Notes: generated by a model not told the origin, from the sequence alone. Counted from the whole stretch's first letter, positions 27,212 through 39,977 are shown. The stretch: 63,855 nucleotides of DNA, filler included, from Rhabdomonas costata (GCA_019059605.1; 48 parts of 48 records of this genome joined end to end with filler, not necessarily neighbours in it); one strand, 5' to 3'. Translations and numbers: made by a program.

Positions 27212-29603
27212 TGATACTGCCTTTATGCCCCCTTTTGTTTTCGACATTTCAGGCAATTACTGTAAACTTTTCTGGTTTGGATTTGGATTGGCGGAATGTG
27301 TGGGTTATTTTTGTTCATGGTACATTCTTCTGAAAACTTGAGCCTAATTGTGGTGAACATTTTATTTGGCGAACTCAAAAAGTGGGATTGCGACCCATTT
27401 AGTGCACACCTGACACCAGTTTTTCGCGGGAAAAGTCGTGAAAACTGAAATTCAGACTAAAGAAAACGTGGCTTTGAAAACAGACTCGAATCACCACACG
27501 GGCGCAGTTCAGGTGCTTAGGGATACCAACGAGCTCGGGTGACAATGTTTTTGGCGGTGTACTTTTCAGTGATGTCACCGCCATTTTGCAGCGCAATGTG
27601 AACCCCCCCCCCGAAAACCTGTAAAACCTGTAGTAAGTCTTAAACGTCTCGTTTTTTGTCCAAAAAAGGCACGAAAAAGAAGAGCGTTATAATATCGCCA
27701 AATGAAGTGTTCACCGCGATATGAACGTAAAATTGAACTTCTTAGGTTTGCCTGCTTGTCAGTGGTGATGTGTTCTTCAACTGAGGGGGCTAGACTGAGG
27801 TTTGGGAGACACATATTTCTGTAGAGAGCGATATAACTGAACTGCTTATCGTGTATTTTGAACGCGAACCAAAATAGCAATGTCATCCNNNNNNNNNNNN
27901 NNNNNNNNNNNNNNNNNNNNNNNNNNNNNNNNTTAATTAATTAANNNNNNNNNNNNNNNNNNNNNNNNNNNNNNNNNNNNNNNNNNNNGAAAAATCTGTA
28001 GTCTGTGTGTGTAGTATCTAAATGGGTATACAATATCAGAACCTTTTCATTTTTCGGGACCAAAATCTTCACAAACCTTGGAGCCCCTTGAAGGATCAGC
28101 AGCAGTGAATGTATCGGGTTTCAGCAAAGGCGAGGGAATTTACGACATTTTGAAAGTATAAGATATACCTTCGGGACAGCGCATGGGAAGGGGGTTTATT
28201 TTATTCAGCCTTAAATCTATCGGCAGGTATTCAATCTTAGGGGTTATACTAGGGTCACATTTCCAAGGTCGACTGACTCCCTTTTGAGTCGCCGTTTTAG
28301 TGCATTTGCGCTTTTAATTGGCTCATGGCAGACTCGTTAACCTTTGTTGAATGCGTATAATTTTCTTGCTTTCAACAGATTTGAGTAGGTCGCCATTCTA
28401 TCTTTGCTCAGCGCACCACAAAACTCTCACTCAGACGCAACACACAAACCGCTGGAGCGCCCAGGGGGTAGCGCGTGGTACCAGCAACCCCCGAAGTCCC
28501 AGTGGGGTACCGCATAGCAACCCTTTGCACCACCGCCGGAGCAGGCCCCGTTGTCCTGGGGCTCGAAGGGTATGCACTCCGTGCTGTCAGCGGCCGCGGA
28601 TCAGCACTGCCATAGTAGTCAACGGAGTACATCCGCCGGAGAGGACTTGTCCGTTCGGTGGGCACTGAGACTGAAGGGTGCCCTGGAGAACGGACCGGCT
28701 GTCAACGAGAACAATAAAAGCACGCAACACAATCGGAGGATGTGTCGTGCAGTTGTGCGTGGATCGGGGACAGAAGCCACACGTGACGCTTTGGTACATT
28801 GCTGTTAAGAGCAGGCTTGTTTCGCTGATGTCACCAACTTTTGCATTTCGTTTCGCGCTTGAGTGAGACGAAGCAACGACTACAGAAAAAGAGAGCTGCA
28901 AATAAACGTTCGCAGTCTCATCTCTTTTAATCCCAAACTTTAATTTTGCACCTGCCTCCACACATTTCGGGGCATCCTGCTAAGGAAGTTGACAGCGGGG
29001 GTTGATCACAAACCCGGAATCCAGGCACTTTATCTGCTAAATAGTGCCCCAGCCTTCCACATCGGCAACCGATGGCATGAGGGAACAAAGGCGCCGCCAA
29101 CACACACCAACCTGCGGCCATTCCGGCTGAAGCAGCGTATGCTGCAGCCCCTGAGCAACCCGTCCACCTGGGAGGTCACGCCCCCACGCATTCTGAGAAG
29201 GCACAGGGGACCCCACAACCNNNNNNNNNNNNNNNNNNNNNNNNNNNNNNNNNNNNNNNNNNNNTTAATTAATTAANNNNNNNNNNNNNNNNNNNNNNNN
29301 NNNNNNNNNNNNNNNNNNNNGTTTTTTGTGTTGTCTCATTGTTTCCTTTCATGTTTGATTGTAGCCTGATATATATAGTTCGTTTGTTCTTTTGTTCGTT
29401 ATTTTATTTTGACACGTGTTGTTCTGCATCAACTGTCTCCTTTATTTGCCGCTGGCAGGCAACGTCAAATCGACAACCACACTCCGTGGACAGCATTTTT
29501 GTTTTTTTGATTTTCAGTTTGTGGGTTGTCGAAACTAGGACTCCCTTTTCCGCCATGGTTGTTTCCCTTCCCGCCATTAACGCGCGCGTCTTTGCCTGGG
29601 CAG

Positions 29604-29726
29604 GCGCAGTACATGAAAATCCAGAGCATCATGGACGTCGCCGACGTCGACGGGGATGGTTACCTCACTCTGGACCAGCTCTTGGAGTATTCCACGCGCT
29701 TCCACCTCCCTACACAGATCTTCAAG
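29604..29726 (+). CDS. EF-hand exon
   Basis: ADVDGDGYLTLDQL loop; CAG/GT boundaries. Confidence 0.7.
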
Positions 29727-31653
29727 GTACATCCTGCCCCCAACAATGCTTTGCGCACTGCTCCTCAACTGCTTGAAGGAGCGCGAGAGCGACAGTGAGA
29801 GCGACCTTGGGTGAGAAGGGACCCCCCCCCCATTAATTGAGAGTAACATCATCAGGGAGCCGGGACCCGACCTCCCGCGCCACCACTCATTTCCAAATTC
29901 CAAACAGAGAAAGCCTGAGTTTGCCATATGTATGAGCTGGGCCTTTTGCCGAACTCTCTCCGCAGCGCAGAAAAGGAGATGCTTGTCCTAACTTCTTTGG
30001 TGTCCCTTTTTGCGTTTGGCGTCGCGCAGGTGGTGTGGGCAGTGCTGCGCGTGTGATTCTCCCATGTTCCCATGCTGCCAGTTCATGCGAACTTGCGAAG
30101 TAGGCTAATCTTCACAACATTTTTCTGACTTTGCAGGAGTACCCGAGGTGGCAGCGCATCCGAAAACGGGCCGCAGCCCTCTCAATCATCTGGGGCCCAA
30201 TGCTTGCTTCGGGTGGTCAGGGTCAGCTCGGGAAAAGACGGTATGCAACCCTTCCTCTAAGAAGGGCCAAATACAACGCGACCCTAAACTGCTTCATCAC
30301 CATTTACACTGCTCATGGAAGATGCCAAAGTTCAGTAGGTTCAAATGGGATGCGACAATTGGGGCTGTACTTTTCGAGGAGCGGAGCTCCAGCGGTTGGG
30401 ACCAAATGCTGCTGGTGCATTCTTAGCGCTTAGCATTTCGTAGCAGAAGAGTTAGGGGAGCTATTCGCCGGGTTAGAATGGATGCGGTGCCATTTCCGAT
30501 TTTTAGCCTCCTGTGGTTCTCCATGGAAGCCACGTTTACACTGGTTCGCTGCNNNNNNNNNNNNNNNNNNNNNNNNNNNNNNNNNNNNNNNNNNNNTTAA
30601 TTAATTAANNNNNNNNNNNNNNNNNNNNNNNNNNNNNNNNNNNNNNNNNNNNGTTGCTTCCGGGGGTTCCTGCCCTCTGGGTGTCTCCCGTTCTGGCCTG
30701 GGGTTGGTCCTTGCTCCTCCCAACTTTCTCCCAAGGGCTCTACTTTCTGCTTGGTGGGATTGCGAGAACCCGGTCCTCCCACTCACTGGGTTGACATTGA
30801 AGCTTGCGGGTCCATCTGCTTTTTGATGGATGGGTGTTACGCGATCGCTTCGATTCTGGCAGCTCCTTTCGAACGGAGTGTCCTCCGGCGCTTTCTCCTT
30901 TTCCGTGGCATTCGCGGTTGCTCTGCTGCAACTGCTGCAATGCTTCCCGTGGCTTTCCTGATTCTCCGGAAGAACGCTCTGTCCCTGCCTCATGGCCGCA
31001 ATTTCTTTGAGCTGGCCCATTTCTTGACCGCCTTGTGTGGGCTTCAGCATCTCTTCATCTTCTTCGCGCACGCTCTGCTTTGCATATTTGGTCAGGCGAA
31101 AAACCATGCTCGAAGATACCCCCGCCTGAGCTCCCTGGCGGCCCACCATTGGCTCAGAAACTTACCCCACACTTCGTGTAGCCGCCTCCGGGGTAACCCC
31201 TTCTGAAGGCGCACTTGACAATGTAAAGTACCGCCTCTTTAAATCCCTTCAAGTGGCTGCAAATATGCTGGGCCCGTATAAACTGGCCCATCACCACGCC
31301 CATGCGCTGTTCCTCAGATACTTGACTGTCCTGGGCAGGGTAAAGGATGATCCTGATTGGGTACGAGGCCTCCCTTTGAAGCTTCTTTCCATGCCAGTTT
31401 CACTCCCAAATATCTTGGAGACCTGCGGCTCCCGTTCCCTTGGAGGCACGTGGAGGGGTGGCGGAAGATATCAGCCCCTTCTGAAAGAAGTTCTTTGTCC
31501 TGGAAGCAGTGCGCAGATATTTCCAGGAGAATGCGGACAGAGGGTCTACGAAAGCAGCAACTGAGGAAGATAAAGATCCGGTCAGCTCAGGTGCAGTGGA
31601 GAAGCGAGGGAAACGGATCGCGGATTCCGCAGTGGAAGCAGCCAGGAGTGGAC

Positions 31654-31884
31654 GGAATACCAGAGGTTCATTGCGTGTATCATATGCCAACATTCAAATC
31701 CTATGTGGGCATGGCCTACAGAGGAGCCCTCCAGCGTCAGCAGACACATTGGAGAGCGAGATTCAGGGAAAACGACCCCTGTCATCTATGAGAACAAGCA
31801 AAACGCCCCTTGAGTAGGTGATGTGGCCGATGGAGCAATTCCCACAATGCAAAGGAAAAGGATATCAGAGCTTTCACCAAACAA
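31654..31884 (+). pseudogene. GIY-YIG endonuclease remnant, probably from a Penelope-like element
   Basis: PEVHCVYHMPTFKSYVGMAYRGALQRQQTHW, then a frameshifted ...MWPMEQ; fits the YIG/Arg/His layout. Confidence 0.6.
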
Positions 31885-32229
31885 NNNNNNNNNNNNNNNN
31901 NNNNNNNNNNNNNNNNNNNNNNNNNNNNTTAATTAATTAANNNNNNNNNNNNNNNNNNNNNNNNNNNNNNNNNNNNNNNNNNNNGGGGGGGTGTGCCAAT
32001 TAAACATTTATGAAACAAAACCGTACATTTTATTCGATCGCGTTTTTCTTTCATAAATGTTTAATTGGCACACATTCAGCAGTGAACCTGTTTCCTGTAA
32101 GGCTCCTTTTATTGTTGACACTGTATGATGTCCTGGACCTCTGCAATGACGAAAGAAAGTTCCGAGAGTGGCTGAGCGGTTATGGGGTTCTCCGAGAGCC
32201 CCTTTCCAAATTTCGAAATGTGGCTCCCA

Positions 32230-33217
32230 GATGAAGTGTGTACAGGGGAAAGCCTGGGCTTGCGTGTCCTGAAGAAATGCCGCCTTAGAGTTCCGGCTGT
32301 TGTGGATGGTCCTGTAAAGGGCTCTAAATTTCTTTGAAGCAGTTCGTTGTTTTGGCCAAATTGTGGGCTCATGACTGTGCTGGACGGCGACATGGAAGAC
32401 GTCTTCCTGAGCCTGCGCAAAGCTCTTGAGGAGTACTGCCTGTGGTGCTCGAGAGGCAAAGCCGACCGGTACTACGCCCTGGAAAAGTGGGGGACGCCGT
32501 CTACGAGCACTGCAGGAGGAATTGGGCCGAGAAGCTGCAAAGCCCTGGCTTTGTGCCGGAGAACCCCTCTGGGTACCCGCACCTCCGCCGCGTGATCCAG
32601 GAGGCACACAAGACTTTGGTCTTCCTCCTCGATGATCGTGCGCCCCACGGTTTCTTCGTGGTGTGCAAGCGGTGGTACCAGAGGGAGATGGCGAAATACC
32701 TCGCTGATAACAACGTCTTCGAGCCCGTCAGCATGACCTGGGAGGACGTTGTGAAGGAGGCGAAAGAATTCAATGAGCGAGGTGAATTCACCACGGGAAC
32801 CGGAATTGTATACAATTACGGCATCTGGAAGCCCACCAAGGGCAAGTTCCGGTTCATCGCCGGCACAAGGTCAGGCCCGAGACCCCGAGACGCTGCCAGC
32901 AAGCCAGCTGGCCCTCCCCGACAACCCCTTTACGAGGCCCACAAGGCCCTCGTGCGGATCCTCCAGCACATCGAGGACGCCCTGCGTGAGAAGGATAAGA
33001 TCCGCCAGTCGGAGATCAAAGCGTTTTGGGGCATCGACAGCGTGAATGCCTTCACCCGGATGGTCCGAGCCAACGCCGATGTTGTGCTCGAGAACGGGCA
33101 AGAGACGGTGGATTTTTGCACCATGTACACCTCCTTCCCGTTCCGGTCGATGATCGACCGGACCATTGAAGCTGTCGATGAGGCTTGGGACTTCGTCACC
33201 CAGCGGGACTCTGGGAT
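32230..33217 (+). mobile_element. Penelope-like retroelement reverse transcriptase (N-terminal part to motif A); upstream region frameshifted
   Basis: KGSKF, LDDRAPHGFFVVCKRWY (DK-motif region), YGIWKPTKGKFRFIAG (motifs 1-2), DFCTMYTSFP (motif A). Confidence 0.85.
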
Positions 33218-33359
33218 NNNNNNNNNNNNNNNNNNNNNNNNNNNNNNNNNNNNNNNNNNNNTTAATTAATTAANNNNNNNNNNNNNNNNNNNNNNNNNNN
33301 NNNNNNNNNNNNNNNNNGGTGGGTGTGTTCGGGCTTGTGTCTTTGCTCTGGGTTTGCTT

Positions 33360-33404
33360 GTTCACCTGATGAGGCTGGAAGGCCGAAACAGTGCTGTCGT
33401 GGAC
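33360..33404 (+). ncRNA. Type I hammerhead ribozyme, minimal form
   Basis: Stem I GTTCAC/GTGGAC; core CTGATGA; stem II GGCT-GGAA-GGCC; GAAA; short stem III CA-GTGC-TG; cleavage triplet GTC ending at 33398. Confidence 0.85.
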
Positions 33405-34313
33405 TGTTGGGTCTCCTTATCCATGTTCGCTATTGTTTCATGAGCGGTGTCAGAGTCGGCCCTCTTGCTGCGTTGGGTTCTGCGGCGTTCGGTTTTCTGG
33501 TTAAGGTTCCTGTTTCCGTTGTTTGCTTGGTTCCTTTGCTACTTTACTTAACTAAAACAATGATGTTGTTATTTGAATCTGTGCTGTTGGGACTGACTTC
33601 GTGCGAGAATGTGTATGGTGTGTTCCCGTGGTTGACTGCCGCTTTCGGCGCAATCCTGTCTCTGTTTCCGCTTCCGCTAAGTGATGGCTTTGGGGTTGGG
33701 TGTGGGGGTCCCTTGCGGTGTGGCACCGGTTCGTCTACCGTTTGTTCTCCGATTTTTGTGGTGCTGGATTCGTGTCTGTGTGCTGGCCGAGAAGGCCTGT
33801 GTGGGTTCCGGTTGTGTTACAGTGGCCTTTGGCTCGGTTTAACAACACAACTTATTACCGGCGCGATCCGCAATCTTCCCATGCGCGGGCTTTTGCTGCG
33901 AGAAGCGTTGTCTCTGTTGGTGTAACGGAAGGGCTGGGTAGTACAGCGCAGTTCATATTCTTATTCGAGGAAGGACGACCCCAGGGACAAACGGGGGGCG
34001 GACATGCGAGGTTTCACGCTTCATTGCTTTTGCCTGTTCCGTTCAAAAAGCGCCAACGTTCTACTTGCCCGCGGTCCCGGGCGCGCCGGCGAAAACCAAG
34101 GCGCGGGCGGACCACAGGCAACTTTTACCCTGATCGTAACTTCGTATAGATCTTCCGGCTAGTTTCTTGAACAACGCCGGCTCTATCAAGAAGTTGCTCC
34201 GATAAGGGCCGCCGCCCGACACCCGGGCACGTAAACGAGAACCGAGCGAGGGCAGGCGGAACAGGAGTTCGAAACCGCAACACGCACCCGGTTGTATTTC
34301 ATTCGGGGGGTAG

Positions 34314-34542
34314 TTGCACTTTTGTAAGTCGCTGTCAGATCGTACTTTTCCCGCTATTGGCTCTCAATCTCTGGATTCTTAATCGCATCATTTCTTGACA
34401 AATCGAATTTTCGGTGTGTTCGCATGGGGTTTCTGATCGGCATCGGCATTCGATTTGTCAAGAAATGATGCGATTAAGAATCCAGAGATTGAGAGCCAAT
34501 AGCGGGAAAAGTACGATCTGACAGCGACTTACAAAAGTGCAA
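34314..34542. repeat. Terminal fold-back inverted repeat (~95-bp arms)
   Basis: 34314-34408 is the reverse complement of 34448-34542. Confidence 0.9.
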
Positions 34543-35728
34543 ACAACCCNNNNNNNNNNNNNNNNNNNNNNNNNNNNNNNNNNNNNNNNNNNNTTAATTA
34601 ATTAANNNNNNNNNNNNNNNNNNNNNNNNNNNNNNNNNNNNNNNNNNNNGCTTATTTTTTTTTTTTGAAATTTTCGTTCCATTTTGCTCTCTACTTGGAG
34701 CAGAAATATGTGTGTGGTATCCGCATATGAAAGCTCGTGTCCCGGAGGTTTCAGGTATGCTTGACTCGATTTTGGTTTCCCTCTCTGCGATGTGTGGCCG
34801 AATTTCGGGTTGTCTGGAGGTGCCTTTATTTTGGTCATCGCCTGCCGAACTGGCAATGGCGGTACTCCCTCGCCATTGAGAGCATCTTACCATGTCTCTT
34901 ATTTTTGTGGTCTTCGCGTTTGTGCTTTTTGTGTGTTTATTCACTGCGCATTTTATTCACAATTGTTATGCTGAATTACATCGAGTTTTATTGCCTCATG
35001 ACCGCTTTCTGTTGGATGGAATTGATGGGAATAAGGAAAGCGGCAGTAGTGCTGACGCAATGAGGTTCTGAACTGAAGTATGGTTTCTTGGCTGCTAGCA
35101 GCTATTTGCCGAGTTCGGAAATGCCCACTGGGGGTTCTTTGTGGTGGATTATGGACTTGATGCGACTAGGATATGCTCTTGTGGATACGCCCTTTGTTGT
35201 TAGCTTCACCTGCACACGGAAAGTAACGCAGAACCGGCGGTGCGGAAGTACAGGCAGCGTGGATTTCAATTACTCGTCGTTTTGGCTGAAGAAACACAAA
35301 TAAGAGATGCTTCGTACATCACTACCCCTACAACAAGGTTTGAGTTCATAATGGAGGTTGCACACAATTTTTTGCTTTTATTTCCGGTTGCTGTAGTTTG
35401 TGCTGATACGATTGTTGAGGCTGTTCTTGTTCATGGATGGTACCTGAGCGTACCGGCGAATCTGCGTCTGGCATGGAAATGACAGTGGTGTGCTCTCTTG
35501 CAATAAGTAAAGTGACCACCGTGCCCTCTTGAGGCAATAAGTAAAGTGACCGCCGTTGTCAGAGCCTTGCGCACATAAGCAGCCTGCTCGGCGATGTAGT
35601 CAATGTGGATGAGTTATTGCAATGGCGGAGGAGAGGAGTGAGTAATGTGTGCTGCGGCGGTCAAGGGGGAGGGAATGGTGTGGCTCTGGTGGGGCGGTGT
35701 GTAAGTGTGTGTATAGGAATGAGGGGGC

Positions 35729-35871
35729 AAGTCGAAAAATGGCGCATTTCCCCCTGCCATCCTGCCATTGCTGCACCGGATGGACTTTGGTGGCAATCGA
35801 GGATGCTCGGCTGAACCCATCCGGTGCAGCAATGGCAGGATGGCAGGGGGAAATGCGCCATTTTTCGACTT
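35729..35871. repeat. Terminal fold-back inverted repeat (55-bp arms)
   Basis: 35729-35783 is the reverse complement of 35817-35871. Confidence 0.9.
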
Positions 35872-36155
35872 ACCCACACACNNNNNNNNNNNNNNNNNNN
35901 NNNNNNNNNNNNNNNNNNNNNNNNNTTAATTAATTAANNNNNNNNNNNNNNNNNNNNNNNNNNNNNNNNNNNNNNNNNNNNTTTTTGGGGTCATGGGGAT
36001 GCGTGGTACATGCACAGTTCTTTGGGATATCCTAGGGTGTGGTGCAAAGTTGCTTCTCCTCAGTTCTCCGCATCTTCCGTTGCCATTGTCGTGGCGACTT
36101 CAGTGCACTTGCGGTGGGTTGCTGGAGGATGCAGTTCGCTACTCACACCTTCGCA

Positions 36156-36750
36156 GGCCTTCTCTACGGTCCCCAGTGAGCTAACTCAGAGCCTTGCCGT
36201 GCTGGGCCCCCGGACCGGGACCGTGGTGATTTTCATCGTGTCTAAGGGCTACGACCCCATAGCCTTGATTTCCCCCCGCACTGGAGAGCCCCTCAGCACG
36301 TACGCCGTGAACGCCTCTACGTTGGAGGTCATCTATCCCGCCTCAAGGTGTTCGCCAGGGTTCGTGTCGTACTGCAACTTTAGCACCGACACTTTGGCGG
36401 GCCCTGTGCAGGCGTTTGCCTCCACGCTGGCGGCGGGGCAGATGCAGTTCGGACCTCTGATGGTGGGGATTGGGGCCTCTCCGCACAAATACGTGATCCT
36501 AGTGGACGCGATTCGAGCACCGGTTTGTACTTGTGTGTCGCTCTGTCATCGCGCTTTGCTCCGCAGTGGCAGAGGAGTGGGTCTCGGCCATTTTCTCATA
36601 ATCTTTAGGACAACGCCCTGACAGGTGTGGTGACAAAGACGTCAGACTCCGGCTCGCTCTCGGCCTTCCTGCGGACCATGGTCTCCCAAAACTCTTTGGT
36701 GACGCTGTATCTGGTGAACATCTCGGGCACCCTTTTTGCCACAAGTGCCG
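36156..36750 (+). CDS. Putative extracellular sensory (Cache-like) domain exons
   Basis: GC3-rich exons with AG/GT ends; LSAFLRTM...LYLVNISGTLFATS resembles a dCache helix-strand; family assignment is inference. Confidence 0.35.
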
Positions 36751-37313
36751 GTGAAAGCGAGGTTTGCAGTCTTAAATGCGCCCAGTGCTCCCTCGGAGTC
36801 CTTGTTGTGTACCTGGTTTCCTTTCCACTTTGCTTCGAATTCCGGTTGCATCAAACGACGACAAATGTGAACGTAGGCTGTAAAGCGAATTCCAGAAGCT
36901 GGCAGCTCAGCATACTTAGCTGGCATGTCGATAGTGCCTTCCTCCCTTGGTGCTGATTATCGCCTTGATAGACCATTTTTGATGCCCCGCGGGTATTCTA
37001 TCACTGTCTGGTAGAAAGGTGGTATCGTGCAGAAAAGTGGGGAGCAGATGGAGACAAATGCTTACAGTCGCAGATAGATGATTCCCAATCATCTCCATCA
37101 GTCGAAAGTGTCGAGGGGGACGCAAGAAGCGGCACGAAAGGGATACCAGAGAGCCGCCCAAGGGCACCACAACCGGCCGAGGGTGAAAGGTCAGAGAATT
37201 TTAACCCCCACACNNNNNNNNNNNNNNNNNNNNNNNNNNNNNNNNNNNNNNNNNNNNTTAATTAATTAANNNNNNNNNNNNNNNNNNNNNNNNNNNNNNN
37301 NNNNNNNNNNNNN

Positions 37314-37890
37314 TTTTTTGTTGGATTGTACACAATGGTTCGACGTTTTCGAAAGTCACTGGGTTTGCGGTGAATATCCCTCGCCAAAGGTTCATGACTG
37401 CGTCTGATTCTTCGACCAGGGTTCACAACACTCGTTTGCCTCCCGTTCATCCATCAAACGGCAAAGTTTCTTCAGCTAATCCAGATTTCGCTAGAAGGTT
37501 TTTCGAGCTCTGCCGAAGCACCGGGGGGGAGTTTGTACAACAACAGCGAGAGGAGCTCGAGGCTCTTGCACAGGAGTTTTTGAGCAACTGCTGGAATTTG
37601 CCATTGAAGGAGCTTGCCATGTGCACACAGGCCTTGGGTATGCTGGGAAATAACATCGTCTCCACAGAACCATTTAAGCCTCTTGTGGATGCTCTTTGTG
37701 CAGGAGTTGCGAAGGCTTCCAGAAAGCTCAACCACATCGATGTGTCACAATGCGTGAATGGGTTTTCCAAGCTCAATGTTCGAGATGAGAGTTTGTGGAA
37801 GTCTCTGTCCTTGGCAGGGACCCGGGTCGCTCGCCTAATGTCTCCCATCGATGTCAGCATCTGTGTGAACGGATTTTCTAAGGCCAATGT
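37314..37890 (+). CDS. 37-aa helical repeat protein (HPR/OPR/FASTK-like), N-terminal part
   Basis: Frame open from the contig edge; S/T/R-rich N-terminus, then IDVSQCVNGFSKLNVRDESLWKSL repeats. Confidence 0.7.
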
Positions 37891-38545
37891 CCTGCGCATT
37901 CATTCTTTCGAACTCACGAACGGCTGCTTGAGATAAAGCGGCCCACAACTCTGGGTCCTGAACAATCACCTTGGAAAATCCCTTCACGCAGGTGGAAACA
38001 CTTCGTGGACCCATCTTTCCAGCTTCTCGAATGGCTCCTTCAGCCAGGGCGGCCCACAGGGCTCGATCTGAAAATTTTGCATTCCCAAAACCGATCGCAC
38101 ACATGGCAATCTCGACCCCATTCATCTTTCTAGCTTCTCGAATGGCTCCTTGCGTTAAAGTAGCCCACAACTCAAGATGGTGAACACCCGCCTTGCGAAA
38201 TCCATGTACACAAACGCAAACGTCCTGCGCAACCATCCTTCTGGATTCACGAATGGCACCTTCGGTCAGAGCGGCCCACAGAGCTCGATCTTGAACATCA
38301 GCCTTAGGAAACCCGTTCACACAGTTCGAAATATCCCGAGCATTCATTGTTTTGAATTCACGAATGGCTCCTTGGGTCAATGCGGCCCACAATGCTCGAT
38401 CCTGAACATTGGCCTTGGGAAACCCGTTCACACAGTTGGCAATGTTCTGCCCAGTCATCCTTGCGGATTTTCGAATGACTTCTTGAGTCAATGCGGTCCA
38501 TAACACTCGGTCCAGAACATCGGCCTTAGAAAATCCGTTCACACA
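37884..38545 (-). CDS. 37-aa helical repeat protein, inverted continuation (~6 repeats)
   Basis: Unit CVNGFPKANVQDRALWAALTQGAIREFKTMNARDISN is 37 aa; it begins with the same 24 nt with which the + strand part ends. Confidence 0.75.
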
Positions 38546-38763
38546 NNNNNNNNNNNNNNNNNNNNNNNNNNNNNNNNNNNNNNNNNNNNTTAATTAATTA
38601 ANNNNNNNNNNNNNNNNNNNNNNNNNNNNNNNNNNNNNNNNNNNNTGTTGGGGTTCACTCTCGGATGTCGTTCCGGTTCCTCTCGACCTTTGGTTGGCCT
38701 TCTCCGGTGCGGGGGGATTCTCCCTCGCTGTTTGGCTGGCTTGATGGTTGGATACCTTTCCAG

Positions 38764-39502
38764 GGACCTATGGCGCTGTGGCCAACGCCACTCAATGCGT
38801 GCCCTGCCCCCCGGGCACCATCGCGGCCTCCGCAGGGGCTTGGCAGTGCGTGGAATGCGACTCCGCGCACCAGGCCAACGGCGCCGCCACGGCATGCGTG
38901 GCGAAGCCCCAGCCCTGGGTGATTGCCGCGATTGTGGTGCCCGTAGTGGTTTGTGTGTGAGAGCGTGTGTTTCATGTGCTTCCTGAATTTATGTATGGGG
39001 GGAATGTTCACACGCATGCACGTGCATTCGCGTTATTCATCCCGTGCGAATATAAGTTTCATGCTTTCTTTCTGGTGGTTATTGGTTCTTCAAGACTTTG
39101 CGTGGCTCTGCAGTTTTTCTCCTAGTGCCGCGATTCCGATTCTCTTCTCCTGTCATGCCATTTTTCAGGTATTTTTCGGGTCTTCGGGCTGGGGCCCTTT
39201 TCGCAATCCCGGCCTCCATCTTATGAGCGAAAGGACGGATGAATCACAAGGGTTGTTTCCGGGGAAACCCATCATCCCTATAAACGTTAGAGGTATAATG
39301 CTCCTGTTATCTCCCGCCCAGCTTCGAGCCCGTTCAGAAAGCGTCTGCAGCACCCTCGCACGAACATGAACACGCCCACACACCCCCACCGACCCACGTG
39401 CGCTCTCCGAGCAGTCGCCAGCGCTTCTTGGGGTCCTTTTTTGCAGGTGGTCATCATCTTCGTAGCGGCGGTGCTTTTCCGCTTGCAGCACTCGCGGCAC
39501 AG
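38764..39502 (+). CDS. Cys-rich (ephrin-receptor-like/GCC2_GCC3) repeat plus transmembrane helix, exons 38764-38948 and ~39447-39502
   Basis: GTYG...CVPCPPGT...CVEC...C then WVIAAIVVPVV|VVIIFVAAVLFRL. Confidence 0.65.
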
Positions 39503-39727
39503 GTCTCTCCGGCTTTGTGTGTGTGTGTGTGTGTTTCTGTGTGCCACGAGTAATTTGAGTGTGTCCAAAGAATTCTTTCGTTTTCTCGAATCCGTCTTCA
39601 GTGTCGGCAGTCCCGGTAATCACTTGAAAATCAAGTGAAACTGAAAAATCAACTGAAAACTGCAAAAGGGGATGTCATAATGACGCCCTTCCCGCACCTT
39701 CACAGGGACAGACGCAGAAAGGAGCAA

Positions 39728-39874
39728 GTGGTGGTTTAGCATATTATAACAGACTTTTATGCCAAAGCAGGAAAGCCATATTACTGTGGCACTGTCAAGC
39801 GGCGCCGTTGTCGTGCTGTAATATGGCTTTCCTGCTTTGGCATAAAAGTCTGTTATAATATGCTAAACCACCAC
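39728..39874. repeat. Terminal fold-back inverted repeat (~55-bp arms)
   Basis: 39728-39784 is the near reverse complement of 39818-39874. Confidence 0.9.
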
Positions 39875-39977
39875 ACANNNNNNNNNNNNNNNNNNNNNNN
39901 NNNNNNNNNNNNNNNNNNNNNTTAATTAATTAANNNNNNNNNNNNNNNNNNNNNNNNNNNNNNNNNNNNNNNNNNNN

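Noticed and set aside
34265-34277. GAGTTCGAAACC B-box-like motif suggesting a tRNA or SINE
   Set aside because: No A-box or cloverleaf found nearby
30653-34549. GIY-YIG, RT and hammerhead contigs as one continuous element
   Set aside because: Separated by artificial linkers in a length-sorted concatenation; adjacency is not evidence of linkage
39580-39602. Minus-strand CTGAAGA...GAAA hammerhead-like core
   Set aside because: No convincing stem II or flanking stems
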